From an uncultured delta proteobacterium (lineage in GTDB: Bacteria; Myxococcota_A; Polyangia; Polyangiales; Polyangiaceae), in NCBI GenBank assembly GCA_963782055.1, contig CAWAIF010000003.1:4608001-4672000 (forward strand): 64,000 nt of DNA, written 5' to 3'. Below, piece after piece: positions 20,145 through 28,958 of the stretch. The number at the start of each line of letters is the position of its first letter. Positions within the stretch are counted from its first letter, which is position 1. Made by a program: the position numbers and the translations under genes. The notes under the pieces are model-generated. The model had not been told where the DNA came from. It did no database searches and saw only the letters and a program-made list of their open reading frames with translations.

Positions 20145-21851
20145 TCATCCCACCCCCACCGACTCGCTGAGCACGCGGTGGACGAGCTGGATGCACACCG
20201 AGCCTTCGCCGACGGCGGACGCGACGCGCTTCAAGCTGTTGGCGCGCACGTCGCCCACCGCGAACACGCGCGGCTGGCTCGTCTCGAACAGGTAGGGCGC
20301 GCGCTCGAGCGGCCACGCGCGCTCCGGGCCCGGCGCGCCCGGCCCGGTGGCGCCGGCCGCGGCCACGCCGAGGTCCCCGCCCGTGATGATGAATCCGCGC
20401 GCGTCGAGCTCGACGCAGCCGCGCAGCCACTCGGTGTTGGGCTTCGCGCCGGCCATCGTGAAGACGTGACGCACCCGGACGGTCTTCGTCTCGCCGGCGA
20501 CGTCGTCCCGCCACGTCACCTTCTCGAGGTGCTCGCCGCCCTCGAGCGCCACGACCTGCGTGCGCCGGCGCAGCGTGATGTTGGGCGTCTCCTCGATGCG
20601 GCGAACGAGATAGCGCGACATGCTCTCCGCCAGATCCGGCCCGCGAATGAGCATGTGAACATGCCGCGAGACGCGCGCCAGGAACGTGGCTGCCTGGCCT
20701 GCGGAGTTTCCGCCGCCCACCACGATGATCTCCTCCGCGCCGCAGCGTTGCGCCTCGATCTGCGTGGCCGCGTAGTACACGCCGACGCCCTCGAAACGCG
20801 CGAGATCGGGCACGTCGAGCTTGCGGTATTGCGCGCCCGTCGCGATGACGACGGCGCGCGCGCGGATCGAGTCACCGCTCTGCAGCTCGATGCGCATGGG
20901 CGTCTCTTCGCAGTAGAGTCGCTCGGCGCCGCGCGCGACGGCGATCTGCGCGCCGAACTTCTCGGCCTGCGCGAGCGCTCGCGCCGCCAGCGCCTCGCCG
21001 GACACGCCCGTCGGAAAGCCGAGGTAGTTCTCGATCTTCGAGCTGGACGCGGCCTGCCCGCCGGGTGCCCCCGCCTCGACGACCAGCACGTCGAGGCCTT
21101 CGGAGGCTCCATACACGGCCGACGCGAGCCCGCCCGGTCCGGCGCCGCAGATGACGACGTCGCGCACGGCGTCTTGCGCGAGCGCCTTGCTGTTCAAGCC
21201 GAGGCAGTCGGCCACCTCGACATCGGTGGGGTTTCGCAGGACGATCTCGCCGCGGCAGATGACGATGGGGATGTCGCTCGCGTCGACGCGGAACTCGTCG
21301 AGCAGCGCCTGTACGTCCGGATCTCGGTCGACGTCGACGTAGCGGTAGGGGTGGCCATTGCCATGCAAGAAGGCCTGGAGGCGGGGTGTCGCCGCGGAGT
21401 CACGCGAGCCAATCAGGACGACGTCGCCAAAGCCGTTCGCGAGCAAGCCGAGCCGCCGCAGGATGAAGGCGCGCATGATGAGCTCGCTCAGCTCGGCGTC
21501 GGTCTGGATGATGGTCTGGAAGTGAGCCTGGTCGAAGCGCAGCACGCGCAAGGCAGTGCGCGCGCGCCCGCGCACGAGCGCGCGGCGGTGCGTCAGAAGG
21601 TTCGCCTCGCCGGTGAAGTCGTTTCGGTGGTGGATGATGACGGGATCTTCGACCGTGCCGTGCGCGTACACGACCTCGAGCTCGCCTTCGACCACGACGT
21701 AGAAGGGCACGTCCACGTCGCCTTGTTCCCACACCGTCGCGCCCATGGCGAACGACTGCAGCACGCCGGACGGGGCGATGCGCGCGACCTGGGTGTCGCT
21801 CATCGCGGGGAACATCTGGGCGCGGCGCGTCTTGAAGGGGTCCTCGACCAT
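20145..21851 (-). CDS. cNMP-binding domain + thioredoxin reductase-like FAD oxidoreductase
   Basis: N-terminal cNMP fold (FYVVVEGELEV..FTGE); GAGPGGL, GGQA..SSKIENYLGFP, GGGNSAGQAA, FAVGDVR, RVASAVGEG. Confidence 0.9.
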   Translation of the reverse strand: MVEDPFKTRRAQMFPAMSDTQVARIAPSGVLQSFAMGATVWEQGDVDVPFYVVVEGELEVVYAHGTVEDPVIIHHRNDFTGEANLLTHRRALVRGRARTALRVLRFDQAHFQTIIQTDAELSELIMRAFILRRLGLLANGFGDVVLIGSRDSAATPRLQAFLHGNGHPYRYVDVDRDPDVQALLDEFRVDASDIPIVICRGEIVLRNPTDVEVADCLGLNSKALAQDAVRDVVICGAGPGGLASAVYGASEGLDVLVVEAGAPGGQAASSSKIENYLGFPTGVSGEALAARALAQAEKFGAQIAVARGAERLYCEETPMRIELQSGDSIRARAVVIATGAQYRKLDVPDLARFEGVGVYYAATQIEAQRCGAEEIIVVGGGNSAGQAATFLARVSRHVHMLIRGPDLAESMSRYLVRRIEETPNITLRRRTQVVALEGGEHLEKVTWRDDVAGETKTVRVRHVFTMAGAKPNTEWLRGCVELDARGFIITGGDLGVAAAGATGPGAPGPERAWPLERAPYLFETSQPRVFAVGDVRANSLKRVASAVGEGSVCIQLVHRVLSESVGVG

Positions 21852-21960
21852 GGCGGTACTGTAAGCCGGCTCGTGGAGCTCGGCTCGTCGACTGGGAGGA
21901 GGCCGGACTGCCGCTCGAGGGCGGCCGGGCGCGTGGACGCCCGAAGGCGTGAGGCCGCCG

Positions 21961-22245
21961 CTACTCGGTGACCACTTCTCCGCCCGGAAGCTCCAGGAAC
22001 GCCTCGTCGACGTAGCACCAGCCCCAGTCCTCGCCCGGCTCGAAGGACTGGATGATGGGGTGCTTGGTCGAGTGGAAGTGGGCCGTCGCGTGCTTTCCCG
22101 GCGACGAGTCGCAGCAGCCGACGTGCCCGCACGTGAGGCACAAGCGCAGGTGAACCCACTGCATGCCGAGGGCGAGACACTCCTTGCAGCCGCGCCCGCT
22201 GGGCGTGACGGCGGCCTTCACTACACCGATGTGAGGATCGCGCAT
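21961..22245 (-). CDS. UBP-type zinc finger protein
   Basis: GCKECL..WVHLRLCLTCGHVGCCDSSPGKHATAHF..HPIIQSFEPGEDWGWCYVD. Confidence 0.92.
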   Translation of the reverse strand: MRDPHIGVVKAAVTPSGRGCKECLALGMQWVHLRLCLTCGHVGCCDSSPGKHATAHFHSTKHPIIQSFEPGEDWGWCYVDEAFLELPGGEVVTE

Positions 22246-22302
22246 GTCCCGAGGCTAATCGAGCGACGCGTGTGCGCCACTCCTTTGTCAGCTCGCTCCA
22301 TC

Positions 22303-22446
22303 ATGAGAGAGCTGGTCTTTCGCTCGCACCGATGGGGCCTCTTCCAGTTCGCGCCGACCTACGGCGGCGGAGGAGCGACCTTCACGCCGCCGCCGCAGCA
22401 GCAGTACATCTGGATCGACCACGTCTACGTCAGCGGCGGCAACTGA
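22303..22446 (+). pseudogene. Probable C-terminal remnant of a secreted beta-sandwich protein
   Basis: Short stretch of strong host codon bias encoding FQFAPTYGGGG..QYIWIDHVYVSG*, with no matching 5' part. Confidence 0.4.
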
Positions 22447-22699
22447 CGATGGACGAGCCCGCACGGCCACCACGCGTACTACCGCAGCGCGAAACCCGGA
22501 CCGACACCCCGGGCTGCGCCGGCAGTGAGGAGGCGCGCGCATCTTCGCGCTCACCGGCGCGCGACCCCGGGTGCTAGCTTCGAGCGCATGCCCCGCTCGG
22601 TGATCGCCCAGGTGAGGACCATGCACGACCTGCGTGGCTTCGCGCTGCGGATGGGCCGAGCAGCCACCCACGCCTGGCGCGCCTCGCGATAAGAAACCG

Positions 22700-24592
22700 A
22701 TGGCGGAGGAGCATTCCACGTCCGGCGCCGCCTTGCGTCTCCGGCGTCCGATCGATGCCGCGCGCGACCACGTCCGCGGGGATCCGGCGGCGCAGGGCGT
22801 GGTCTCGGTCGTGGCGTACGCCGACTTCCTCTGCCCGTATTGCCGGCGGCTCCGGCAGGTGCTCCTGCGCCTTCGCGACGCGCTGGGCGACCGGCTCGTC
22901 TACGTCTTCCGGCACTTCCCCAACGAGCGGGCGCACCCGGGCGCAGGGCAGATCGCGCGCGCGGCGGAGGCGGCCGCGCTCCAGGGGCGCTTCTGGGACA
23001 TGCACGACTGGATCTACGAGCGCGAGATCCCCCCGAGCGAGGCGGAGGTGCTGGAGCACGCTCGCTCCCTCGAGCTGGACATGGATCGCTTCATGCTCGA
23101 CCTGGAGAGCCCACGGATGCGCGAGCGCGTGGACGAGGACCTCTCCGACGGGCGCCACAACGGCGTGACCGGGACGCCCACCCTCTTCGTCGACGGCCTG
23201 CGCTACGACGGCGCCTGGGACTTCTACTCTCTCCTGGAGGAGCTGGATCGCCCGGTCGCCGCGCGCGTGCAGCGGTCCGCGCGCACCTTCGCCGCGCTTC
23301 CGGCCTCCGGCGGGCTGATGCTCTTGCTCGCGGCGATCGCCGCGCTCGTCTGCGCCAACACGCCCATCGCGCCGCATTATCAGGCCGTCATCGACTCCCC
23401 CTTCGGCATCGGTCCGCCCGGCGGGACCCTGTCCCTCAGCGTCGGCGAGTGGTGCTCGGAGGGTCTGCTCGCCATCTTCTTCCTCCTCGTCGGTCTGGAG
23501 ATCCGGCGGGAGCTGACGGCCGGCGCGCTCGCCGATCGCCGCGTCGCCATCTTGCCCGTCGTGGCCGCGGTGGGCGGCGTGCTGGCTCCGGCGGGGATCT
23601 ATCTCGCGCTCAACCACGGACCGACCGCTCACGGGTGGTCCATCCCGACCGCGACCGACATCGCCTTCACGCTGGGCATCCTCGCGCTGCTCGGCAAGCG
23701 CATCCCGCCCGGGCTGCGCGTCTTCGTGGCCGCGCTCGCGGTGGTGGACGACGTGCTCTCGGTGCTGACGCTCGCCGTCTTCTACCCGACGGCCTTGCAC
23801 CTGTCGTGGCTGATCGCCGCCGGCGGCGCCCTCGTGCTCCTCCTCGTGCTCAACCGCTGGCGGGTGTACCGCACCTGGCCGTACCTCGCCGCCGCGGCGC
23901 TGCTCTGGCTCGCGCTCCACGCCGCCGGCGTCCACGCGGCGCTCGCCGGCATCGCCCTCGCCATCTTCCTGCCGACGCGGCCCGCGCCCGCCGCCGGACC
24001 GCTGCTCGCCCAGGCGGCGACCGCGCTGGCGGAGCTGGAGCACGCCGAGAGCGAGGCGAAGCGCGACGGCAAGGACACGCGGCAGGAGCCGGTGTGGGAC
24101 TGGGCGAGCCGCAACCTCACCGCGGCGAGCGATCGGCTGCTCTCCCCGGCCGACCGAATCGAGACGCGCGTCGCGCCGTGGAGCGCCTTCGTCATCCTCC
24201 CGCTCTTCGCGCTCTCCGCCACCGGCGTGCGGCTGCACCTGCCGCTCTCCGCGCCGGGCGCCACGTCGGTGCTCGCGGGCATCGTGCTCGGCCTCGTGCT
24301 GGGCAAGCCGCTCGGGATCGCCGCGGCCTCCTTTCTCGCCGTCAAGACGCGGCTCGCCACCGCCCCGGCGGACGTCACCCTGCGGCAGTTTGCCGGCGCC
24401 GCGTGCCTCTGCGGCGTGGCGGACACCGTCTCCCTGCTCATGGTCGGGCGCGCCTTCCCGCCCGGCGACGACGCCGACATCGCCAAGATCGCGGTGCTCG
24501 CAGGCTCGGCGCTGGCCGCCACGCTCGGGACCGCGGTCTTGCTCACGGCCCGCGGCGAGCCGGCGCGAGCCGATACGCGCGGGTTAGCGTAG
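22700..24592 (+). CDS. nhaA: Na+/H+ antiporter NhaA with N-terminal DsbA/thioredoxin-like domain
   Basis: DFLCPYC..FRHFP..GVTGTPTLFV, then FFLLVGLEIRRE, IPTATDIAF, LAVVDD, GLVLGKPLGI. Confidence 0.92.
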   Translation: MAEEHSTSGAALRLRRPIDAARDHVRGDPAAQGVVSVVAYADFLCPYCRRLRQVLLRLRDALGDRLVYVFRHFPNERAHPGAGQIARAAEAAALQGRFWDMHDWIYEREIPPSEAEVLEHARSLELDMDRFMLDLESPRMRERVDEDLSDGRHNGVTGTPTLFVDGLRYDGAWDFYSLLEELDRPVAARVQRSARTFAALPASGGLMLLLAAIAALVCANTPIAPHYQAVIDSPFGIGPPGGTLSLSVGEWCSEGLLAIFFLLVGLEIRRELTAGALADRRVAILPVVAAVGGVLAPAGIYLALNHGPTAHGWSIPTATDIAFTLGILALLGKRIPPGLRVFVAALAVVDDVLSVLTLAVFYPTALHLSWLIAAGGALVLLLVLNRWRVYRTWPYLAAAALLWLALHAAGVHAALAGIALAIFLPTRPAPAAGPLLAQAATALAELEHAESEAKRDGKDTRQEPVWDWASRNLTAASDRLLSPADRIETRVAPWSAFVILPLFALSATGVRLHLPLSAPGATSVLAGIVLGLVLGKPLGIAAASFLAVKTRLATAPADVTLRQFAGAACLCGVADTVSLLMVGRAFPPGDDADIAKIAVLAGSALAATLGTAVLLTARGEPARADTRGLA

Positions 24593-24601
24593 GCTGCGAG
24601 C

Positions 24602-25315
24602 ATGTCCGAGCATCCCCCCGCCCTACCACACGCGCCGCTCCAGGAGATCGCCGACGGCGTGTACTCGGTGCGCGGGTCGGTCCGGATCACCGGGCTCATC
24701 CGCATCATGCGCAACATGGTGGTCGTGCGCGACGGCGACGACCTCACCGTGATCTCCGCGGTGCGCCTCTCGCCGGAGGGCGAGGCGGAGCTGGAGAAGC
24801 TCGGCAAGGTGCGTCACGTCGTCAAGATCGGCGCCTTTCACGGGATGGACGACGCGTATTACCTGGAGCGCTTCGGGGCGGCGTACTGGGCGCTGCCCGG
24901 CGGCGCGCGCAAGCACGATCCCAAGCCGGACCACGAGCTCGGGGAGGGCTCGCTCCCCTTCCCCGACGCCGAGCTCTTCGCCTTCCAGAAGACCGTGCAG
25001 AAGGAGGCTGCGCTGCTGGTCCGGCGCGCCGGCGGCATCCTCGTCACCTGCGACGCGGCGCAGGCTTGGAGCGACACCCGGGGCTGCAGCGTCGCGGCGA
25101 AGGTGATGATCCCCCTGCTCGGCTTCACCCGGCGGCCGGCGGTGATCGGCCCGCCCTGGCGCAAGGCCATGACGCCGGAGGGCGGCACCCTGCGCGAGGA
25201 CTTCGACCGCCTCGCTTCCTTGGAGTTCGCGCACATGATCGGCGCGCACGGCGGCCTGCTCCGCGACGTCGCGAAGCGCGAGCTCACAGCCGCCGTCGCC
25301 GCCACCTTCGGGTGA
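24602..25315 (+). CDS. Hypothetical protein, DUF4336/metallo-beta-lactamase-fold-like
   Basis: RNMVVVR..SAVRL..LGKVRHVV..FHGMD, LVTCDA, AHG. Confidence 0.65.
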   Translation: MSEHPPALPHAPLQEIADGVYSVRGSVRITGLIRIMRNMVVVRDGDDLTVISAVRLSPEGEAELEKLGKVRHVVKIGAFHGMDDAYYLERFGAAYWALPGGARKHDPKPDHELGEGSLPFPDAELFAFQKTVQKEAALLVRRAGGILVTCDAAQAWSDTRGCSVAAKVMIPLLGFTRRPAVIGPPWRKAMTPEGGTLREDFDRLASLEFAHMIGAHGGLLRDVAKRELTAAVAATFG

Positions 25316-25379
25316 GGTCAGGCCAGTTCGTCCAGTGGGGCTTCGGAGGCGCGGCATCATCGACCACGTCTGCCGCCGG

Positions 25380-26321
25380 TCACGGCAAGGAGGCGCCGGC
25401 GCCGCCGTCGTAGAGCGCGCCGACCTCCTGCGAGCTCAGCGCGCGGTTCCACACGCCGACCTGATCGATGCTGCCGACGAACGTGGAGCCGTTCGCCTTC
25501 GCGCCGATCTCGCCGCTCGGTGAGCTGCCGTAGTCGATCGACTGGTTCGCGCACGCCGAGCTCTTCTGGAGCGTGCCGTCGACGTAGATGGAGATGTCGG
25601 CCCCGGTGTAGACGCCGGCGACGTGGTGCCACGCGCCGTCGCGCAGGTTCGTGGTCCCCTGCGCCCAGCAGCTCCCCCACCCGTTGGAGCCTTCCTTGAC
25701 GATGAAGCTGGCGACGCCCTGCCCGCTCTGGTTGAACAGGTAGAGGTTGTAGCCGGTGAGGCCGGTGCTGTCGCTCTTCGTGACGATCTGCGGGTAGGCG
25801 CCCTGCGAGATGCTCGCGTGGATCCACGCGGCGGCGCTCATCGCCGCCTGGGGCTGCGGTGCGCTCGCACCGAGCACCACGTAGCCGGCGCTGAGACCGA
25901 CCGCGTTGCCGAGCACGCCCGCGACACCGAAGGTGACACCCGACGTCGACGCCGTGCCGTGATCTCCCTGACCCGATTCGTCGGCGAAGTCCGCGCCGCC
26001 GGGCGCGGTGCCGGCCTTCGTCTCCTCCAGGTTCCAGAGGCCGAGGAGGTCCGTGTCCAGGCTGCCCGCGTCGTGCCCGGCGTCGACGACGTCCGGCGGT
26101 GCGTCGAGCGGCGCGTCGATGGCCGCGTCGGCCGTGGCGTCGGCGAGCGCGTCGGCGTGGGCGTCGGTGGCGGCGCCCGTGTCGGCCTGCGTGACCACGT
26201 CGCTGCCCGCGTCGGGGGCGCCCCCGTCGGATCCGGCATCGTCGACCCCGATCACGTGCGCGCACGCCGCGAGGATCCCACACGCGACGGCGACCACGAC
26301 GCTCGGGGTGCGAGTGCTCAT
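25380..26321 (-). CDS. LamG/concanavalin-like jellyroll lipoprotein
   Basis: Lipobox LAAC, DAG linker, DGAWHHVAGVY..IYVDG..FVGSIDQVGVWNRALS. Confidence 0.88.
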   Translation of the reverse strand: MSTRTPSVVVAVACGILAACAHVIGVDDAGSDGGAPDAGSDVVTQADTGAATDAHADALADATADAAIDAPLDAPPDVVDAGHDAGSLDTDLLGLWNLEETKAGTAPGGADFADESGQGDHGTASTSGVTFGVAGVLGNAVGLSAGYVVLGASAPQPQAAMSAAAWIHASISQGAYPQIVTKSDSTGLTGYNLYLFNQSGQGVASFIVKEGSNGWGSCWAQGTTNLRDGAWHHVAGVYTGADISIYVDGTLQKSSACANQSIDYGSSPSGEIGAKANGSTFVGSIDQVGVWNRALSSQEVGALYDGGAGASLP

Positions 26322-26329
26322 GGCGTATG

Positions 26330-26356
26330 AGTGCTCGCTCGCGCGGCTAGCCGTCA
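26330..26356 (-). promoter_or_regulatory. Candidate ECF-sigma promoter
   Basis: TGACGG-N17-CACT, 8 nt before the LamG ATG; same motif at 27508 and 28912. Confidence 0.6.
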
Positions 26357-26420
26357 TTACATCGCGTTACACGCGCGGTGACCGGTCCTTTTGGACCGCG
26401 GGCGCACTAAAGTGAGCGGG

Positions 26421-27509
26421 ATGGCCATCCGGGCGCTGAAGAGGACGATCGGACCGGCGGTCGCGCTCGCCCTCGCGGTCCCGCTCGCGTGCCTGGGCAC
26501 CTCGGTGCTCGCCGCCCCCCTGCCGCCGGCCCCTCCACCGGTGGTGCTGGAGTGGAAGGCTCCGCGGGCGTGCCCGAGCGTCGAGGACGTGAGAGGCGAG
26601 ATTGGCCGGATGCTCGCCGGCTCCGAGGCCGACGTGACGACCCCGGTCCGCGCCCGTGCGATCGTGTCGCGAACCACGCACTGGGGCTGGGTCTTGCTGC
26701 TCACGACGGACACCCAGACCTCGCACGGCGAGCGCGCGATCCACGCGGACTCCTGCGAGGCGCTCGCGGGGGCGGCCGCGCTCATCCTCACGCTGGCCGT
26801 CGACCCGACGCGCGCGGAGTCGGGGATCGACACGATGGCCGACGCCGGCGCGGTCGACGCCGGCGACGCCGCTCCCGAGGCGGCCGCTCCCGAGGCGGCC
26901 GCTCCGCCGGCGGCCGTGGTGGCCGAGAAGCCCAGGCTCGTCACCCGGCACCAGCACGTCGCGCCGCCGAGAGCTCCGCCCGCTCGCCGCCATGCCGCGC
27001 TGTCGCTCGCCCCCACGTTCGACGTCGGCACGCTCCCCTCGGCGTCGTTCGGCGCGACGTTCGGCGCGGCGTGGACGCCGCCGCACGCGCGGCTCGAGGT
27101 CAGCGCCAGCCTGTGGGCCGGCCAGCGCGTGGGGCTCCCGACGGACGCGACGCAGGGCGGGCTCTTCCAGGGGTGGAGCGCGGGCGCGCGGGCGTGTCAG
27201 TCCTCCGCGCTGGGGCGCTTCGAGCTCGGGCCGTGCGCGCTGCTCGACATCGAGACGATGAGCGCGACCGGCTACGGGACGACCGACGACACGAGCGTGA
27301 CCAACACGTGGGTCGCGGTGGGCCTCGGGGGCTTCGGGGCATTCGCGGTGAGCCCGGACCTCGCGGTGCGGCTCTCGGTCGACGCCCTCTTCCCGGTCAC
27401 CCCGCCCCAGTTCTTCATCTACGAGTCGACCGGCGCCCGGCAGACTGTCTACAAGCCCGCGTCCCTCAGCGGGCAAGCTTCCCTCGGACTCGAGGTTCGA
27501 TTTTTCTGA
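26421..27509 (+). CDS. Exported protein with predicted C-terminal outer-membrane beta-barrel (cassette 2)
   Basis: Signal peptide, WKAPRACPS...SCEALAGAAALI domain, Pro/Ala linker, amphipathic strands, terminal LGLEVRFF. Confidence 0.75.
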   Translation: MAIRALKRTIGPAVALALAVPLACLGTSVLAAPLPPAPPPVVLEWKAPRACPSVEDVRGEIGRMLAGSEADVTTPVRARAIVSRTTHWGWVLLLTTDTQTSHGERAIHADSCEALAGAAALILTLAVDPTRAESGIDTMADAGAVDAGDAAPEAAAPEAAAPPAAVVAEKPRLVTRHQHVAPPRAPPARRHAALSLAPTFDVGTLPSASFGATFGAAWTPPHARLEVSASLWAGQRVGLPTDATQGGLFQGWSAGARACQSSALGRFELGPCALLDIETMSATGYGTTDDTSVTNTWVAVGLGGFGAFAVSPDLAVRLSVDALFPVTPPQFFIYESTGARQTVYKPASLSGQASLGLEVRFF

Positions 27510-27534
27510 ACGGAATTGCGCTCGGCCTGCCACT
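27508..27534 (+). promoter_or_regulatory. Candidate autoregulatory ECF promoter
   Basis: GAACGG-N17-CACT followed by AAGGAGGT RBS and the sigma ATG. Confidence 0.5.
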
Positions 27535-27549
27535 CCTAAGGAGGTGCTC

Positions 27550-28143
27550 ATGACCTCCGTTGGCCATTCGCTCGCTCCGCTGGTCCTCCGCGACCCGCAC
27601 CCCGCCCACGCAGGCCCCATCGTGCCCCCCACGTTCGACGACGTCTACGACAACCACTTCTCCTTCGTCTGGCGAACCGTGCGCCGGCTCGGCGTGCCCC
27701 GGCACGCCGTCGACGACGCGGTGCAGGAGGTGTTCGTCGTCGTTCACCGTCGCCTCGCGGACTTCGAGGGTCGCTCGTCCGTCAAGACGTGGCTCACCGG
27801 CATCACCCTGCGTGTGGCGAGCGAGCACCGCAGGCGCGCGCGGAAGAACCCGACGGCGGACGTCGACGCCGAGACCCTGCACGCCGGCCCCGAGCGCAGG
27901 CCGGACGACGCGGCGACGAAGGCCGAGGCGCTGCGGGTGCTGCACGGCATCCTCGACCAGATGGACGACGACCGGCGCGACGTGTTCGTGATGGCGGAGC
28001 TCGAAGAGATGACCGTACCCGAGATCGCCGAGTCCCTCGGCACCAACGTCAACACCGTCTACTCGCGCCTGCGGACCGCCCGACAGGAATTCGACCAGGC
28101 CGTGAGCCGTCACCGAACGCGCGACGCTTGGAGGTTGCGATGA
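27550..28143 (+). CDS. ECF sigma-70 factor (cassette 2)
   Basis: FVWRTVRRLG..DDAVQEVFVVV..FEGRSSVKTWL; VFVMAELEEMTVPEIAESLGTNVNTVYSRLRTAR. Confidence 0.93.
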   Translation: MTSVGHSLAPLVLRDPHPAHAGPIVPPTFDDVYDNHFSFVWRTVRRLGVPRHAVDDAVQEVFVVVHRRLADFEGRSSVKTWLTGITLRVASEHRRRARKNPTADVDAETLHAGPERRPDDAATKAEALRVLHGILDQMDDDRRDVFVMAELEEMTVPEIAESLGTNVNTVYSRLRTARQEFDQAVSRHRTRDAWRLR

Positions 28144-28898
28144 ACCCCGAATCCAGGGCGCTGCTGGACGCGGCGAGTGGCGGCGACGACCCGACGGGAG
28201 ACGACCGCTCGCGCGTGCGAGCGCGCGTCCTCGCTCAGGTGGCGGCGGGCGCGGCAGCGGGCGGGGGCTCGGCGGCGAACGCGTCCGCCGCGCACGCGAG
28301 CGTCGGGGCAAAGGCCGGGATCGGGCTGGGCACGAAGATCTTCCTCGCGGCGGTGGCGATCGGTGTCGGGGCAGCCGGGGTGGCGGCGTGGCCGCGTCAC
28401 GACGCGCGCGCACCGTCGGTCGAGCGCGCGGTGCCCGGGACGCCCACGATCACGGCGGTCGCCGCGACGGCAACCACCGCGGCGACGCAGTCGCCGGGCG
28501 GCGCCGCGGTCGACGTGACCGACCTCCCGGTGGCTCCGGCGAGCACACACGCCGCCAGCCCGAGCGCCACCGCGAAGACGAGCGCTCCACCGCCGAAGTC
28601 CGCGACGGTCGCGTCGCCCGATTCGCTGGCGGAGGAGACGGCGCTCCTCGGCAAAGCCGCGCGCGCGAACCGCGAAGGCGACAGCGTGCGCGCCCTCGCC
28701 CTCCTCGACGAGCACGCGTCGCGCTACCCGAACGGCGTGCTCGCCGAGGAGCGCGCCGCGCAGCGCGTCTTCGTCCTGTGCGCCCTCGGTCGCAAGGCCG
28801 AAGCCACCACCGCGCGCGCCGCGTTTCTCCGCGACAGGCCGCACTCTCCGCTGGCCGAGCGCGTGAGAGGCACGTGCGCCGACGACCGCGATCCGTAG
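28140..28898 (+). CDS. Putative membrane anti-sigma factor with C-terminal TPR-like domain (cassette 2)
   Basis: ATGA overlap; TM segment, Ser/Thr/Pro linker, LAEETALL..GDSVRALALLDEHASRYPNGVLAEER. Confidence 0.78.
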   Translation: MNPESRALLDAASGGDDPTGDDRSRVRARVLAQVAAGAAAGGGSAANASAAHASVGAKAGIGLGTKIFLAAVAIGVGAAGVAAWPRHDARAPSVERAVPGTPTITAVAATATTAATQSPGGAAVDVTDLPVAPASTHAASPSATAKTSAPPPKSATVASPDSLAEETALLGKAARANREGDSVRALALLDEHASRYPNGVLAEERAAQRVFVLCALGRKAEATTARAAFLRDRPHSPLAERVRGTCADDRDP

Positions 28899-28911
28899 CC
28901 GCGTCTTTTCG

Positions 28912-28938
28912 TGACGGATCGGGTGCGCGCGATCCACT
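28912..28938 (+). promoter_or_regulatory. Candidate ECF-sigma promoter
   Basis: TGACGG-N17-CACT upstream of AGGAG RBS and ATG 28959. Confidence 0.6.
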
Positions 28939-28958
28939 CACGCATCAGGAGCAAGACG

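Noticed and set aside
26379..26408. Fourth copy of the ECF promoter upstream of the barrel gene (TGACCGG...CACT)
   Set aside because: Spacing is 19-20 nt rather than 17; a CGGTCC-TTTT-GGACCG hairpin overlaps it; not counted
26866..26905. Short 15-bp tandem repeat (AAPEA) and similar linker repeats near 62938-62985
   Set aside because: In-frame low-complexity linker duplications, not CRISPR or phase-variation arrays
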